Of a stretch of 11,354 nt of DNA, positions 1-7,133 are shown piece by piece. This DNA comes from an archaeon (GTDB lineage: Archaea; Iainarchaeota; Iainarchaeia; Iainarchaeales; Iainarchaeaceae): assembly GCA_038046625.1 (NCBI GenBank), contig JBBSVV010000021.1, forward strand, positions 1 through 11,354, given 5' to 3'. A program made the translations under genes and the position numbers. The notes beneath the pieces were generated by a model. That model was given only the letters and a program-made list of their open reading frames with translations. It was not told the DNA's origin and made no database searches. How positions within the stretch are numbered: the stretch's first letter is position 1; every line of letters begins with the position of its first letter.

Positions 1-337
1 TTATTGAATCGTTTTCAAAGCGCGGAATCACGTGGAAGTGCAGATGGCGGATAACCTGCCCGGAAACAGCGCCGTTGTTCTGCAGCACGTTGAATCCCTG
101 CGCGTTCGTTGCCTTCATTGTTGCGGCGCCGATTTTCTGCACCGCCAAAATCAGTTCCTTGAGTTCCGTGCTTGGAATGTCAAGGAGCGTTGCGTAGTGC
201 TTTTTTGAAATCACGAGCGAGTGCCCATTTGCCGCGGGGCTGATGTCGAGAAAAGCCAAAGAATTTTCGTCCTCGTAGATTTTTGTGCTCGGAATTTGCC
301 CCGAAACTATTTTGCAGAAAATGCAGTTCTCATCCAA
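1..337 (-). CDS. HIT (histidine triad) family nucleotide hydrolase, 3' end outside the window
   Basis: Manual translation from TTG at 337 gives (M)DENCIFCKIVSGQIPSTKIYEDENSLAFLDISPAANGHSLVISKKHY...GQVIRHLHFHVIPRFENDSI. It has the N-terminal CIFC motif and the HxHxH triad. No stop before position 1, so it is absent from the ORF track. Confidence 0.93.
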   Translation of the reverse strand, partial: MDENCIFCKIVSGQIPSTKIYEDENSLAFLDISPAANGHSLVISKKHYATLLDIPSTELKELILAVQKIGAATMKATNAQGFNVLQNNGAVSGQVIRHLHFHVIPRFENDSI

Positions 338-387
338 AGCAAAAAACCCTGAATATTAATGCGCTTTTGGTTGTTTTAATTTTTTGC

Positions 388-984
388 CTAAGCAGTGCTT
401 TTGCTTATGTCAACAACCTTTATCCAGAACTGGAGCGTTTTTCCCGCGAGCGGGTGGTTGAAGTCTATTTTCACGGAATCGGCATTTACATCAACAACAG
501 TAACCGGGCGGCCTGCGCCGGCCATGAGTTTCGTGCCAATGCCAATATTGAGGTCCTGAGGCATGAGGTTCTTTGAAACCCACTGGATTGCGTTCTGGTC
601 AACTTCGCCATACGCCTTTTCAGGCGGAATAGTGATGGTTTTTTCATCGTTGAGCTTCATTCCGAGAACTGCCTCGTCAAAGCCGGGAATCATCTGGCCC
701 GCGTCAACAGTGAACTCCAAAGGTCCGCGGCCCTCGCTCTTGTCAAAAATTTCTCCGGTATCGGGGAATGTTCCCACGTACTCGACTTTTACTGCGTCTC
801 CGCTTTCAACTTTAGCCACTTTCACCACTCCGTTCTGGTTGCTGTTTGTATCAATATTATCTGTAATCACGACGTTTCCGGTCGCGTTTTGGCCAGGCTG
901 TTGTGCCTGCTGTGCGCATCCTGAAACCAGGAGAATTGCCGCAACGATTCCTATGAGGAAAATTGTTTTGGCTTTCATTTGCAT
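388..984 (-). CDS. FKBP-type peptidyl-prolyl cis-trans isomerase, SlyD-like with insert-in-flap domain, carrying a lipoprotein signal peptide
   Basis: Motifs VKVEYVG, GEIFD, PLEFTVDAGQMIPGFDEAV, IPPEKAYG and DFNHPLAGKTLQF. Start placed at ATG 984 (or 978): MKAK, a hydrophobic stretch, then LLVSGC lipobox, with an AT-rich TATA-like element at about 1004-1013. Confidence 0.9.
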   Translation of the reverse strand: MQMKAKTIFLIGIVAAILLVSGCAQQAQQPGQNATGNVVITDNIDTNSNQNGVVKVAKVESGDAVKVEYVGTFPDTGEIFDKSEGRGPLEFTVDAGQMIPGFDEAVLGMKLNDEKTITIPPEKAYGEVDQNAIQWVSKNLMPQDLNIGIGTKLMAGAGRPVTVVDVNADSVKIDFNHPLAGKTLQFWIKVVDISKSTA

Positions 985-1073
985 TAAGTTTTTCTCCGAG
1001 AAACAATTAAAATACCCCTTGTCGACACCCCCCGAAAGGAATGAATTTAGTGGCTGTGCCGCGGGTTTGGGCG

Positions 1074-1093
1074 TAACGGTTTTTAAACCGTTA
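1074..1093 (+). promoter_or_regulatory. TATA-like box (TTTTAAA) inside a perfect 9-bp inverted repeat; candidate hppA promoter/operator
   Basis: TAACGGTTT-TT-AAACCGTTA in the divergent FKBP/hppA intergenic region. Confidence 0.5.
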
Positions 1094-1161
1094 ACAAACT
1101 TTAATTGTAAAGAACCAAAATTCGCGCGTTGTTGCGGCATTTTGGTTTAAGCCCCTTTTAG

Positions 1162-3258
1162 GTGGGTCGGGGCGAAAAAAGTTTTTTTTTGGATTCTGGA
1201 TTTTTTGGGGTGTTTGGCATTTTCCTTGAACTCGTTATTGGAATAGGGGTTTTGGCGCTTTTGGTTGCAGTGGGTTTTGCCTGGTATGTGTTCAGGCAGG
1301 ATTCCGGCACAAAGGAAATGCAGGAAATAGCGGGTTACATAAAAGAAGGTGCCGAGGCATTTGTAAAGAGGCAGTACACTACAATTGCAATACTCGCGGT
1401 TGTAACGGCAATAATACTTTTCGGTGTTTACACGTTTGTCGGCGATCCTGATTACGCCTTTAAAACCGCTTTTGCCTTTATTCTGGGCGCTTCGTGCTCC
1501 GCAATAGCCGGAATAGTGGGCATGTACACTTCTGTGAGGAGCAACCTCAGGACCGCGGCTGCGGCAAGGATTTCCACCGCACGCGCACTCAAAATGGCTT
1601 TGCTTGGCGGAGCCGTTTCCGGCATATTTGTTGTCGCGCTCTCGCTGATTGGCGTTGCCTCGATTTTCTGGCTGTTCGGTGCGGACCCGACTAAAACCCC
1701 TTTCATGATTGTTGGTTATGCTTTCGGCGCGTCTTTCGTTGCGTTGTTTGCCCAGCTCGGCGGAGGAATCTACACCAAGGCTGCTGACATTGGCGCGGAC
1801 TTGGTTGGAAAGGTTGAAGCGGGAATTCCGGAAGACGACCCGAGAAATCCTGCTGTTATCGCTGATTTGGTCGGGGACAATGTGGGTGATTGTGCAGGGC
1901 GCGGAGCTGACTTGTTTGAGTCAACCGCTGCAGAGAATATAGGCGCAATGATTTTGGGTGTTGCGCTTTACCCTGTATTTGGAATCAACGGTGTCTTGTT
2001 CCCGCTTGTTGCGAGGGCATTCGGCCTCATTGCATCAATAATCGGGATTGCCCTTGTTAATGCGGGCGATAAAGAGAATCCAATGTCCGCACTGAATAGA
2101 GGTTATTACATTGCGAGTTTCCTCTCGGCGATTTTCCTTTACCTTGTCACGATGCAGATGCTCGGCAACATATGGTTCTTTTATGCGGGCCTTGTTGGTT
2201 TGGTGATGAGTATCTTGTTCGTGTTCATTACACAGTATTACACCGAGTACACTTACAGGCCCGTGAGGAGCATTGCGTTGGCATCAACGACAGGGCATGC
2301 GACCAACATCATTACCGGCTTTGCGGTTGCGCTTGAGAATACTGCCTTGCCCGTGCTGGTGATTTCGGTTTCATTGTTCTTGTCATACACTTTCGGCGTT
2401 GAATCTGGCGTCCCTCACGGCGGCCTTTATGGAACGGCCGTTGCTACAATGGGCATGCTCGCAACCGCAGCGTACATACTTGCAATGGATACGTTCGGCC
2501 CGATTGCGGATAATGCTGGTGGAATTGCACAGATGTCAAATGCTTCAGAGAAGGTGCGCAGGAACACCGATGTTTTGGATGCGGCCGGAAACACCACCAA
2601 GGCCCTTACAAAGGGTTACGCGGTTGGCTCGGCTGCGCTCGCGGCTTTCCTTTTGTTCTCCGCTTACATGGATGAGGTCTCAAGGCTTACCGGAAAAGTG
2701 TTTGACACAGTGAACATTGCCGAAGTGAATATTTTCATCGGCGCGCTTCTCGGGGCAATGCTGGTTTTCCTGTTCAGTTCCTTTGCGATAAGCGCTGTGG
2801 GGTCGACCGCGGGATTGATTATTGAGGAAGTGAGGCGCCAGTTCAAGGACAAGAATATTATGAGCGGCAAAAAGAAGCCTGATTATGCGACCTGCGTTGA
2901 CATTACCGCAAGGGGCGCATTGAAGAACATGATTTTGCCCGGGGCTCTCGCAATTTTGTTCCCGATTGCCGTGGGAATCATTCTCAAGGCCGAGGCGGTT
3001 GCGGCTTTCCTCATGGTTGGAACAATTACAGGAATCCTCATGGCGATAATGTTCAACAATGGCGGCGGCGCGTGGGACAACGCGAAGAAGTACATTGAGC
3101 TCGGCGCGCACGGCGGAAAAGGCTCTGACGCACACAAGGCCGCGGTTGTCGGCGACACTGTAGGAGATCCCATGAAGGACACCGCCGGCCCGAGCATCCA
3201 CGTGCTCATAAAATTGCTTGCGACAATAACATTGGTATTGGCTCCTCTTTTCATTTAA
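1162..3258 (+). CDS. hppA: Membrane-bound H+-translocating pyrophosphatase, K+-independent type (true start may be GTG 1210)
   Basis: Many TM segments plus mPPase motifs GGGIYTKAADIGADLVGKVEAGIPEDDPRN, DLVGDNVGD, GPIADNAGG, GGAWDNAKKYIE and GDTVGDPMKDTAGP. GNTTKA (Lys rather than Ala) marks the K+-independent subfamily. Confidence 0.96.
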   Translation: MGRGEKSFFLDSGFFGVFGIFLELVIGIGVLALLVAVGFAWYVFRQDSGTKEMQEIAGYIKEGAEAFVKRQYTTIAILAVVTAIILFGVYTFVGDPDYAFKTAFAFILGASCSAIAGIVGMYTSVRSNLRTAAAARISTARALKMALLGGAVSGIFVVALSLIGVASIFWLFGADPTKTPFMIVGYAFGASFVALFAQLGGGIYTKAADIGADLVGKVEAGIPEDDPRNPAVIADLVGDNVGDCAGRGADLFESTAAENIGAMILGVALYPVFGINGVLFPLVARAFGLIASIIGIALVNAGDKENPMSALNRGYYIASFLSAIFLYLVTMQMLGNIWFFYAGLVGLVMSILFVFITQYYTEYTYRPVRSIALASTTGHATNIITGFAVALENTALPVLVISVSLFLSYTFGVESGVPHGGLYGTAVATMGMLATAAYILAMDTFGPIADNAGGIAQMSNASEKVRRNTDVLDAAGNTTKALTKGYAVGSAALAAFLLFSAYMDEVSRLTGKVFDTVNIAEVNIFIGALLGAMLVFLFSSFAISAVGSTAGLIIEEVRRQFKDKNIMSGKKKPDYATCVDITARGALKNMILPGALAILFPIAVGIILKAEAVAAFLMVGTITGILMAIMFNNGGGAWDNAKKYIELGAHGGKGSDAHKAAVVGDTVGDPMKDTAGPSIHVLIKLLATITLVLAPLFI

Positions 3259-3344
3259 GCAAAAGATTAAAGCCAATTACTTAACTTTTTGTCAAATTTT
3301 TTGTTCAGGGCTTTTTTTGACTTTGGCGCCCCTAATATTGCACA

Positions 3345-3352
3345 TTTATATA
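3345..3352 (+). promoter_or_regulatory. Archaeal TATA box for the 665-aa gene (probably leaderless transcript)
   Basis: TTTATATA ending 25 nt before ATG 3377; no SD sequence seen. Confidence 0.55.
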
Positions 3353-3376
3353 TTGCTTTGAATATTATGGCATTAA

Positions 3377-5374
3377 ATGGTTCCTAAGAGACGCTTGGCT
3401 TTTGTGCTTGCCTTTTTAACATTGTTAGGCGTGGCTTTTGCCCAGGAACCAGCGGCCGGAGTTTCTCAGCCCCAGCCTTATGCTGATAACCAATCAATGG
3501 GCATAAGTGGCCCTGATTTTGGGATGCCGAGCGGGAGCTTTGCCGACCCGGATTATGTTGCCCAGGAGAAAATGATTGAAAGCATGACTGTAGCCTACAA
3601 TTGGATTGCGCTCAACAGCACGAAGTTTGCATCCGGGTGCGGCACGGACAAGCCTGCCCTGGCCGCGGAACTCGTTGGCGTGATACAGGCGGCGCAGGAA
3701 ACTTCAAAGGTATGTACGCAGCTTGCTTCCGAGGCTTCACAATGCAATCCCGAGATTTTTTGCTCGATGTTCAATTCCGGCCAGTTGCCGTTTCCCCCTG
3801 AGATGAGAGCTGCCCTCAAAAAAGCCGGTTATGATCCAAGCACTTTGAAAGTGAGTGACATTACTACCGATGTGGCTTACAATGTCTGCATTTCCATGGC
3901 CCAGCCGCAGATAGACCAGCAGAAACAGGCCACAGAGAATGCAAAGGCCAAGATACAGGAACAGTTGCCCGCATTCAGGGCTAAGTGCGAGGAATTCAAG
4001 AAGTGGAAGGAGAGCGGCCAGGGAAACGAAATAAGATTGCCTGATTTTGGCCAGTTCCCCCAGGGACAGCAGAACGGCCAACAGCAGGGGCAGCAAATTG
4101 ATAATTACGTTTACCAGCCGCAGCAAAACCAGCAAGGCCCACAGGGCGGGTGCCAGGGACAGCCGCCTGATTGCGGGCAAAATGGGGGGGCATTCTGCGA
4201 CAACGGCAACTGGGTTTGCCCCGTTGCTGGTGGTTCAAATGGGCCGCCTCAGGAAAACCAGCAGCCTCAGCAAGAGCAGCAACCGCAAGAACAGCAGCAG
4301 CCAGTGGAGCAGCCAACGGAGCAGCCCCCGCAAGAATCGCAACCTGCTCCAGAGTCTGCTCCGGCGCCAGAGCCGGCTCCTTTAGGCGGCGGAGTCCAGG
4401 CGATTGGGGATAATGTTTTGAAAACCATTTCAAGTGTTCCTGTTACCTGGTTTGTTCCCCTTATTTTCGGGTCCGCGCTCCTGGAGGAGTTTGTGCAGCA
4501 ACCAACGGTCTGCGGCGACACCATGTGTTCCTGGGATTCTGGCGAAAATGACCGGAGTTGCCCGCAGGATTGCAGGGGAGGCGGAAATGCCGGCGGCGGT
4601 TATGGCAACGGTAGTGGCGATGGATATGGCGATGGTGGCGGTTATGGCCGGCAGTATGCACCCGGCACCGGGCCAGGCATGCAGCAGGGGCAACAGGGAC
4701 CGCAGGGACAGCAAAATAGGCCAGGCGGGCCGGGACCGTCGCCGGAAATGCTTTGTGGCATGAGTGATGATGAAATAGTTGAAATGTATTCGCAGGGAAA
4801 CAGGGGCGGGCCCCAGCAGGCGGAAGTGGAGTACAGGTGCAAGACTGAGTCCGGCAGGATTGTCCAGGAGATGAACAGGTACAAGCTCGAAATTGCGAGG
4901 TGCAATGCGGATGCTGCTCTTGAATGCGCGGCGAAACAGCAGGCAGTCACCAAGTGCAACGAGATGAAGGACAACCCGGAGAAAGCCGCCGGCCTTGTTG
5001 TAGATAACATGTGCAGGCGATTTGGAACCCCGGTTGCCGCAGGTTCGAGCGATGAACTCTATCAGGTTGCGAACAAGTGGTACGACGAGGATCCCGCTCT
5101 CGCGAACCAATTAGGCGACACGGCCGACAAGACCGCGGAGGACCAGAAAAAGCTTGACATCGGAAGCTACCTGTTCGGTAACGGCGATTATGGAGCCAAG
5201 CTCAAGGAGAGGGCCGCAAAGCTGCGCGAGATAAAGGCCAGGCTCGTGAGCAACAACGTGAATGACCCCGAAACAATCGCGACCCTTGATGCGCAGGCAA
5301 CCGAGCTCGAAACCGAGGCAAGCAAATTTTCGAACTTCTTTGACATGGGCAGAATCGGCTACATGTTCAGGTAA
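3377..5374 (+). CDS. Hypothetical secreted/surface protein, Cys-rich, with Gln/Pro/Gly low-complexity linkers
   Basis: 665-aa ORF with a signal peptide (MVPKRR, hydrophobic stretch, AFA|QE), 20 Cys, a CGDxxC...GE...CPQDC module and Q/P-rich tracts. Confidence 0.85.
   Translation: MVPKRRLAFVLAFLTLLGVAFAQEPAAGVSQPQPYADNQSMGISGPDFGMPSGSFADPDYVAQEKMIESMTVAYNWIALNSTKFASGCGTDKPALAAELVGVIQAAQETSKVCTQLASEASQCNPEIFCSMFNSGQLPFPPEMRAALKKAGYDPSTLKVSDITTDVAYNVCISMAQPQIDQQKQATENAKAKIQEQLPAFRAKCEEFKKWKESGQGNEIRLPDFGQFPQGQQNGQQQGQQIDNYVYQPQQNQQGPQGGCQGQPPDCGQNGGAFCDNGNWVCPVAGGSNGPPQENQQPQQEQQPQEQQQPVEQPTEQPPQESQPAPESAPAPEPAPLGGGVQAIGDNVLKTISSVPVTWFVPLIFGSALLEEFVQQPTVCGDTMCSWDSGENDRSCPQDCRGGGNAGGGYGNGSGDGYGDGGGYGRQYAPGTGPGMQQGQQGPQGQQNRPGGPGPSPEMLCGMSDDEIVEMYSQGNRGGPQQAEVEYRCKTESGRIVQEMNRYKLEIARCNADAALECAAKQQAVTKCNEMKDNPEKAAGLVVDNMCRRFGTPVAAGSSDELYQVANKWYDEDPALANQLGDTADKTAEDQKKLDIGSYLFGNGDYGAKLKERAAKLREIKARLVSNNVNDPETIATLDAQATELETEASKFSNFFDMGRIGYMFR
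4050..4380 (+). repeat. CAG/CAA-rich low-complexity coding tract (Gln/Pro/Glu; QQPQQEQQPQEQQQP, PAPESAPAPEPAP)
   Basis: Imperfect in-frame short tandem repeats inside the 665-aa ORF. Confidence 0.7.
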
Positions 5375-5440
5375 AAAACCGGCTGAAACTTTTGCCCTTC
5401 AACAGGGCTAAAAATAATTTTTTTCTTTCAAGCCACAACA

Positions 5441-5448
5441 TTTTAAAA
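5441..5448 (+). promoter_or_regulatory. TATA-like box for ppa
   Basis: TTTTAAAA 22-29 nt upstream of ATG 5470, preceded by a small hairpin (5394-5408) and a T-tract that could terminate the upstream gene. Confidence 0.45.
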
Positions 5449-5469
5449 CATCTCGCTGTGTTTTTAGTC

Positions 5470-6006
5470 ATGGCTAACCCGTGGCACGATGTTCCGTTCG
5501 GCAAAAAAGCGCCGAAAGAGATTCAGGCAATCATTGAGGTTCCGAAGGACAGCCGCCTTAAGTATGAGCTGGACAAGGATTCCGGCCTCATGAAGCTGGA
5601 TAGGGTTCTTTATTCTGCGGTGCATTACCCGGGGGATTACGGTTTTATTCCCCGCACTTACTGGGCTGATGGGGATCCGCTTGACATAATAATCATTTCG
5701 AATTTTCCGGTTTATCCCGGCACAATAGTTACTGTGCGCCCGATTGGGCTCATTGACATGTTTGATGGCAAGGAGCGCGATGACAAAATAATTGCGGTGC
5801 ATTCAGGTGACCCGCGCTTCAATGAATTCAAGGATGTTTCCGACCTTCCAGAACACATGCTTCTGGAGATAAGGAATTTTTTTGAAACCTACAAGCACCT
5901 GCAGAACAAAAAGGTCAAGGTTCTAAGCATCAAGGGCGCAAAGGCCGCGCACAAATGCATTGAGAAGGGCATAAAGCTCTACACGCAGAAGTTCCAGGGA
6001 AAATAA
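5470..6006 (+). CDS. ppa: Soluble inorganic pyrophosphatase, family I
   Basis: MANPWHDV, IIEVPK, KYELDK, DRVLYS, YPGDYGFIPRT, DGDPLD, DDKIIAV and FFETYK motifs. ATG 5470 is preferred over the upstream TTG. Confidence 0.96.
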   Translation: MANPWHDVPFGKKAPKEIQAIIEVPKDSRLKYELDKDSGLMKLDRVLYSAVHYPGDYGFIPRTYWADGDPLDIIIISNFPVYPGTIVTVRPIGLIDMFDGKERDDKIIAVHSGDPRFNEFKDVSDLPEHMLLEIRNFFETYKHLQNKKVKVLSIKGAKAAHKCIEKGIKLYTQKFQGK

Positions 6007-6091
6007 TTATTTTTCTCATCTTGCGATTTTGTATTCCTAATAAGGCATTGCAGATGCCTCGATGGTGCCCTTTTCGCGCGGGCTTGCGCGA

Positions 6092-6116
6092 CGCGGAGGA
6101 CGAGATTCTAACCCGC
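6092..6116 (-). repeat. Duplicated 3' end of tRNA-Ser (att-like direct repeat)
   Basis: cgcggaggacgagattctaacccgc (6092-6116) versus cgcggaggacgagattcgaactcgc (6826-6850): 23/25 identical, first 17 nt perfect, same orientation. Confidence 0.88.
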
Positions 6117-6146
6117 CCCCGCGGATGCGAACCCGCTGACCTTTGC

Positions 6147-6491
6147 TCATGTGTCGTGGGTGATTATTTTAATTGTGTTTTTGTTTTCTGGTATTATGCT
6201 TACATTTTTGCTTTTGCTGAGTTTATAGTATTCTGTGATGTCCGGGGGGAAAGTGATTCCAAGGCTTCCTCCAGTGGAAATTATTCGCCTTTTGAATGTG
6301 AACCTCTTTTTTGCGCGTTTTGCGCTTTCTTCCACGATTTTTCCTGTAGCAAATTGTTCCCCGCACTTGGCGCACTTGTATATCGGGTCATCCCTCAACA
6401 CTATAAGCCCGTCAAATAATTTTACAGTGGCCTTTGCCAGCGTTGCTTCGCCTTCGCAAATAGGGCATTTCATTTTTGTTTTGACAGCCAT
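6147..6491 (-). CDS. Putative antitoxin: YgiT/MqsA-type zinc ribbon fused to an AbrB/MazE-like DNA-binding domain
   Basis: CPIC...CAKCGE zinc ribbon, then KRRIISTGGSLGITFPPDITEYYKLSKSKNVSI resembling the AbrB swapped-hairpin pattern. SD-like GGAGGTTGA before the ATG; overlaps the upstream gene by 22 nt. Confidence 0.75.
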   Translation of the reverse strand: MAVKTKMKCPICEGEATLAKATVKLFDGLIVLRDDPIYKCAKCGEQFATGKIVEESAKRAKKRFTFKRRIISTGGSLGITFPPDITEYYKLSKSKNVSIIPENKNTIKIITHDT

Positions 6492-6754
6492 AAATCAACC
6501 TCCCTGTCTTTTGATTCCCATAAAGTAATGACTATAATGTTTTTTTTGTCCTCTGCTTTTTGGATCGTAAAAAACTTCTTTCCAACGGTCCCGATTGTTT
6601 CGAATTTTCTCTTTCTGTACTTCTGGTCAAACCCCTTGTTGATTCTCACCTGCTGCTTCCTGATGATTTCCTCGAGTTCCGTTCTTGAAAAACCATGCAG
6701 CAAAGACCGTTCGATAAACCGCTCTTTTGCATGTACTGTCCAGAACACCTCCAT
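6470..6754 (-). CDS. Putative toxin, DUF4258/RelE-like fold ribonuclease (94 aa)
   Basis: MEVFWTVHAKERFIER...IIVITLW matches the 'T.HA..Rm..R ... ivIT' pattern; small and basic. Start ATG 6754 follows BRE/TATA-like AAAAGCCTTAAATA (about 6786-6799, - strand). Confidence 0.7.
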   Translation of the reverse strand: MEVFWTVHAKERFIERSLLHGFSRTELEEIIRKQQVRINKGFDQKYRKRKFETIGTVGKKFFTIQKAEDKKNIIVITLWESKDREVDLWLSKQK

Positions 6755-6825
6755 GAAACCACTGGGATAATTGTGCACATACCGATATTTAAGGCTTTTG
6801 AAATTGTAGTGAAAAAGTAGAGAAT

Positions 6826-6993
6826 CGCGGAGGACGAGATTCGAACTCGCGCTCCCTTTCGGGAACCTGGTGGCTCTCCTGTCCTGCCCCAACTTTTTCT
6901 TTCTTTGGGGCAACTTACACCTTTCTTTCTTTTCTAAAGAAAGAAAGGGGCAGGGCTCAAGCCAGGCGCATTGGACCGCTCTGCCACCTCCGC
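6826..6993 (-). tRNA. tRNA-Ser(UGA) with an 84-nt intron at canonical position 37/38 (exons 6993-6956 and 6871-6826)
   Basis: Acceptor GCGGAGG/CCTCCGC with G73; D arm GCAGAGCGGTCCAATGC; anticodon stem CCTGG/CCAGG with loop CT-TGA-G^A; long variable arm TCCCGAAAGGGA; T arm GCGAG-TTCGAAT-CTCGT; no encoded CCA. Confidence 0.92.
6872..6955 (-). other. Archaeal-type tRNA intron with a relaxed bulge-helix-bulge motif and two internal hairpins
   Basis: Bulges A36-G37^C and CC^A38; central helix CUUG/AGAG (one G-U pair, one G-A mismatch); outer helix CCUG/CAGG; internal 13-bp and 8-bp stems. Confidence 0.82.
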
Positions 6994-6996
6994 AAC

Positions 6997-7027
6997 CTTT
7001 TTTCTTTTCCTGCAGAAAAGAAAAAAG
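6997..7027. repeat. Perfect 13-bp inverted repeat immediately upstream of the tRNA
   Basis: CTTTTTTCTTTTC-CTGCA-GAAAAGAAAAAAG. Confidence 0.85.
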
Positions 7028-7133
7028 CTTGACCAAAAAAGAAAAGGGCTTGCAAATGGATTTTAAACTGCCCCAAAAAAGAAAGAAAGCCTGAATAGGG
7101 TTAAAAACGTTGGCGCAAAAGCCTTTTCCTGCT

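Larger units (their letters stand above)
6092..6850. mobile_element. Miniature tRNA-integrated islet (734-bp repeat spacing) carrying only a putative TA pair; no integrase
   Basis: Bounded by the intact tRNA 3' end and a downstream copy of it, the geometry typical of integration at tRNA genes. Confidence 0.65.

Noticed and set aside
283..1150. Plus-strand ORFs 283..576 and 563..1150, and other short ORFs overlapping hppA, ppa, the TA pair, rpe, ygfZ, yhhQ and tgt
   Set aside because: They are antisense or off-frame shadows of well-supported genes with no motifs of their own.
4050..4740. CRISPR array or non-coding tandem repeat
   Set aside because: The repeats are imperfect, in frame and encode Gln/Pro/Gly tracts; there is no repeat-spacer periodicity.
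6040..6146. Second tRNA gene or split-tRNA half
   Set aside because: Only the last 25 nt match, the T-loop is mutated, and no D arm, anticodon arm or complementary leader is visible. An att-like remnant fits better.
6055..6146. Fluoride riboswitch suggested by CGATGGTG near pyrophosphatase genes
   Set aside because: The P1 pairing and the 3' pseudoknot segment are missing, and it lies downstream of ppa rather than in a leader.
6950..6966. Alternative tRNA identity as Leu(GAG) or Sec
   Set aside because: Numbering from the acceptor and D arms puts UGA at 34-36 with a perfect CCTGG/CCAGG stem and G73, consistent with Ser. Sec would need anticodon UCA.
6755..7036. N-terminal extension of the toxin ORF (188 aa in the track)
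   Set aside because: It runs through the tRNA gene and hairpins; a TATA-like box sits just upstream of ATG 6754.
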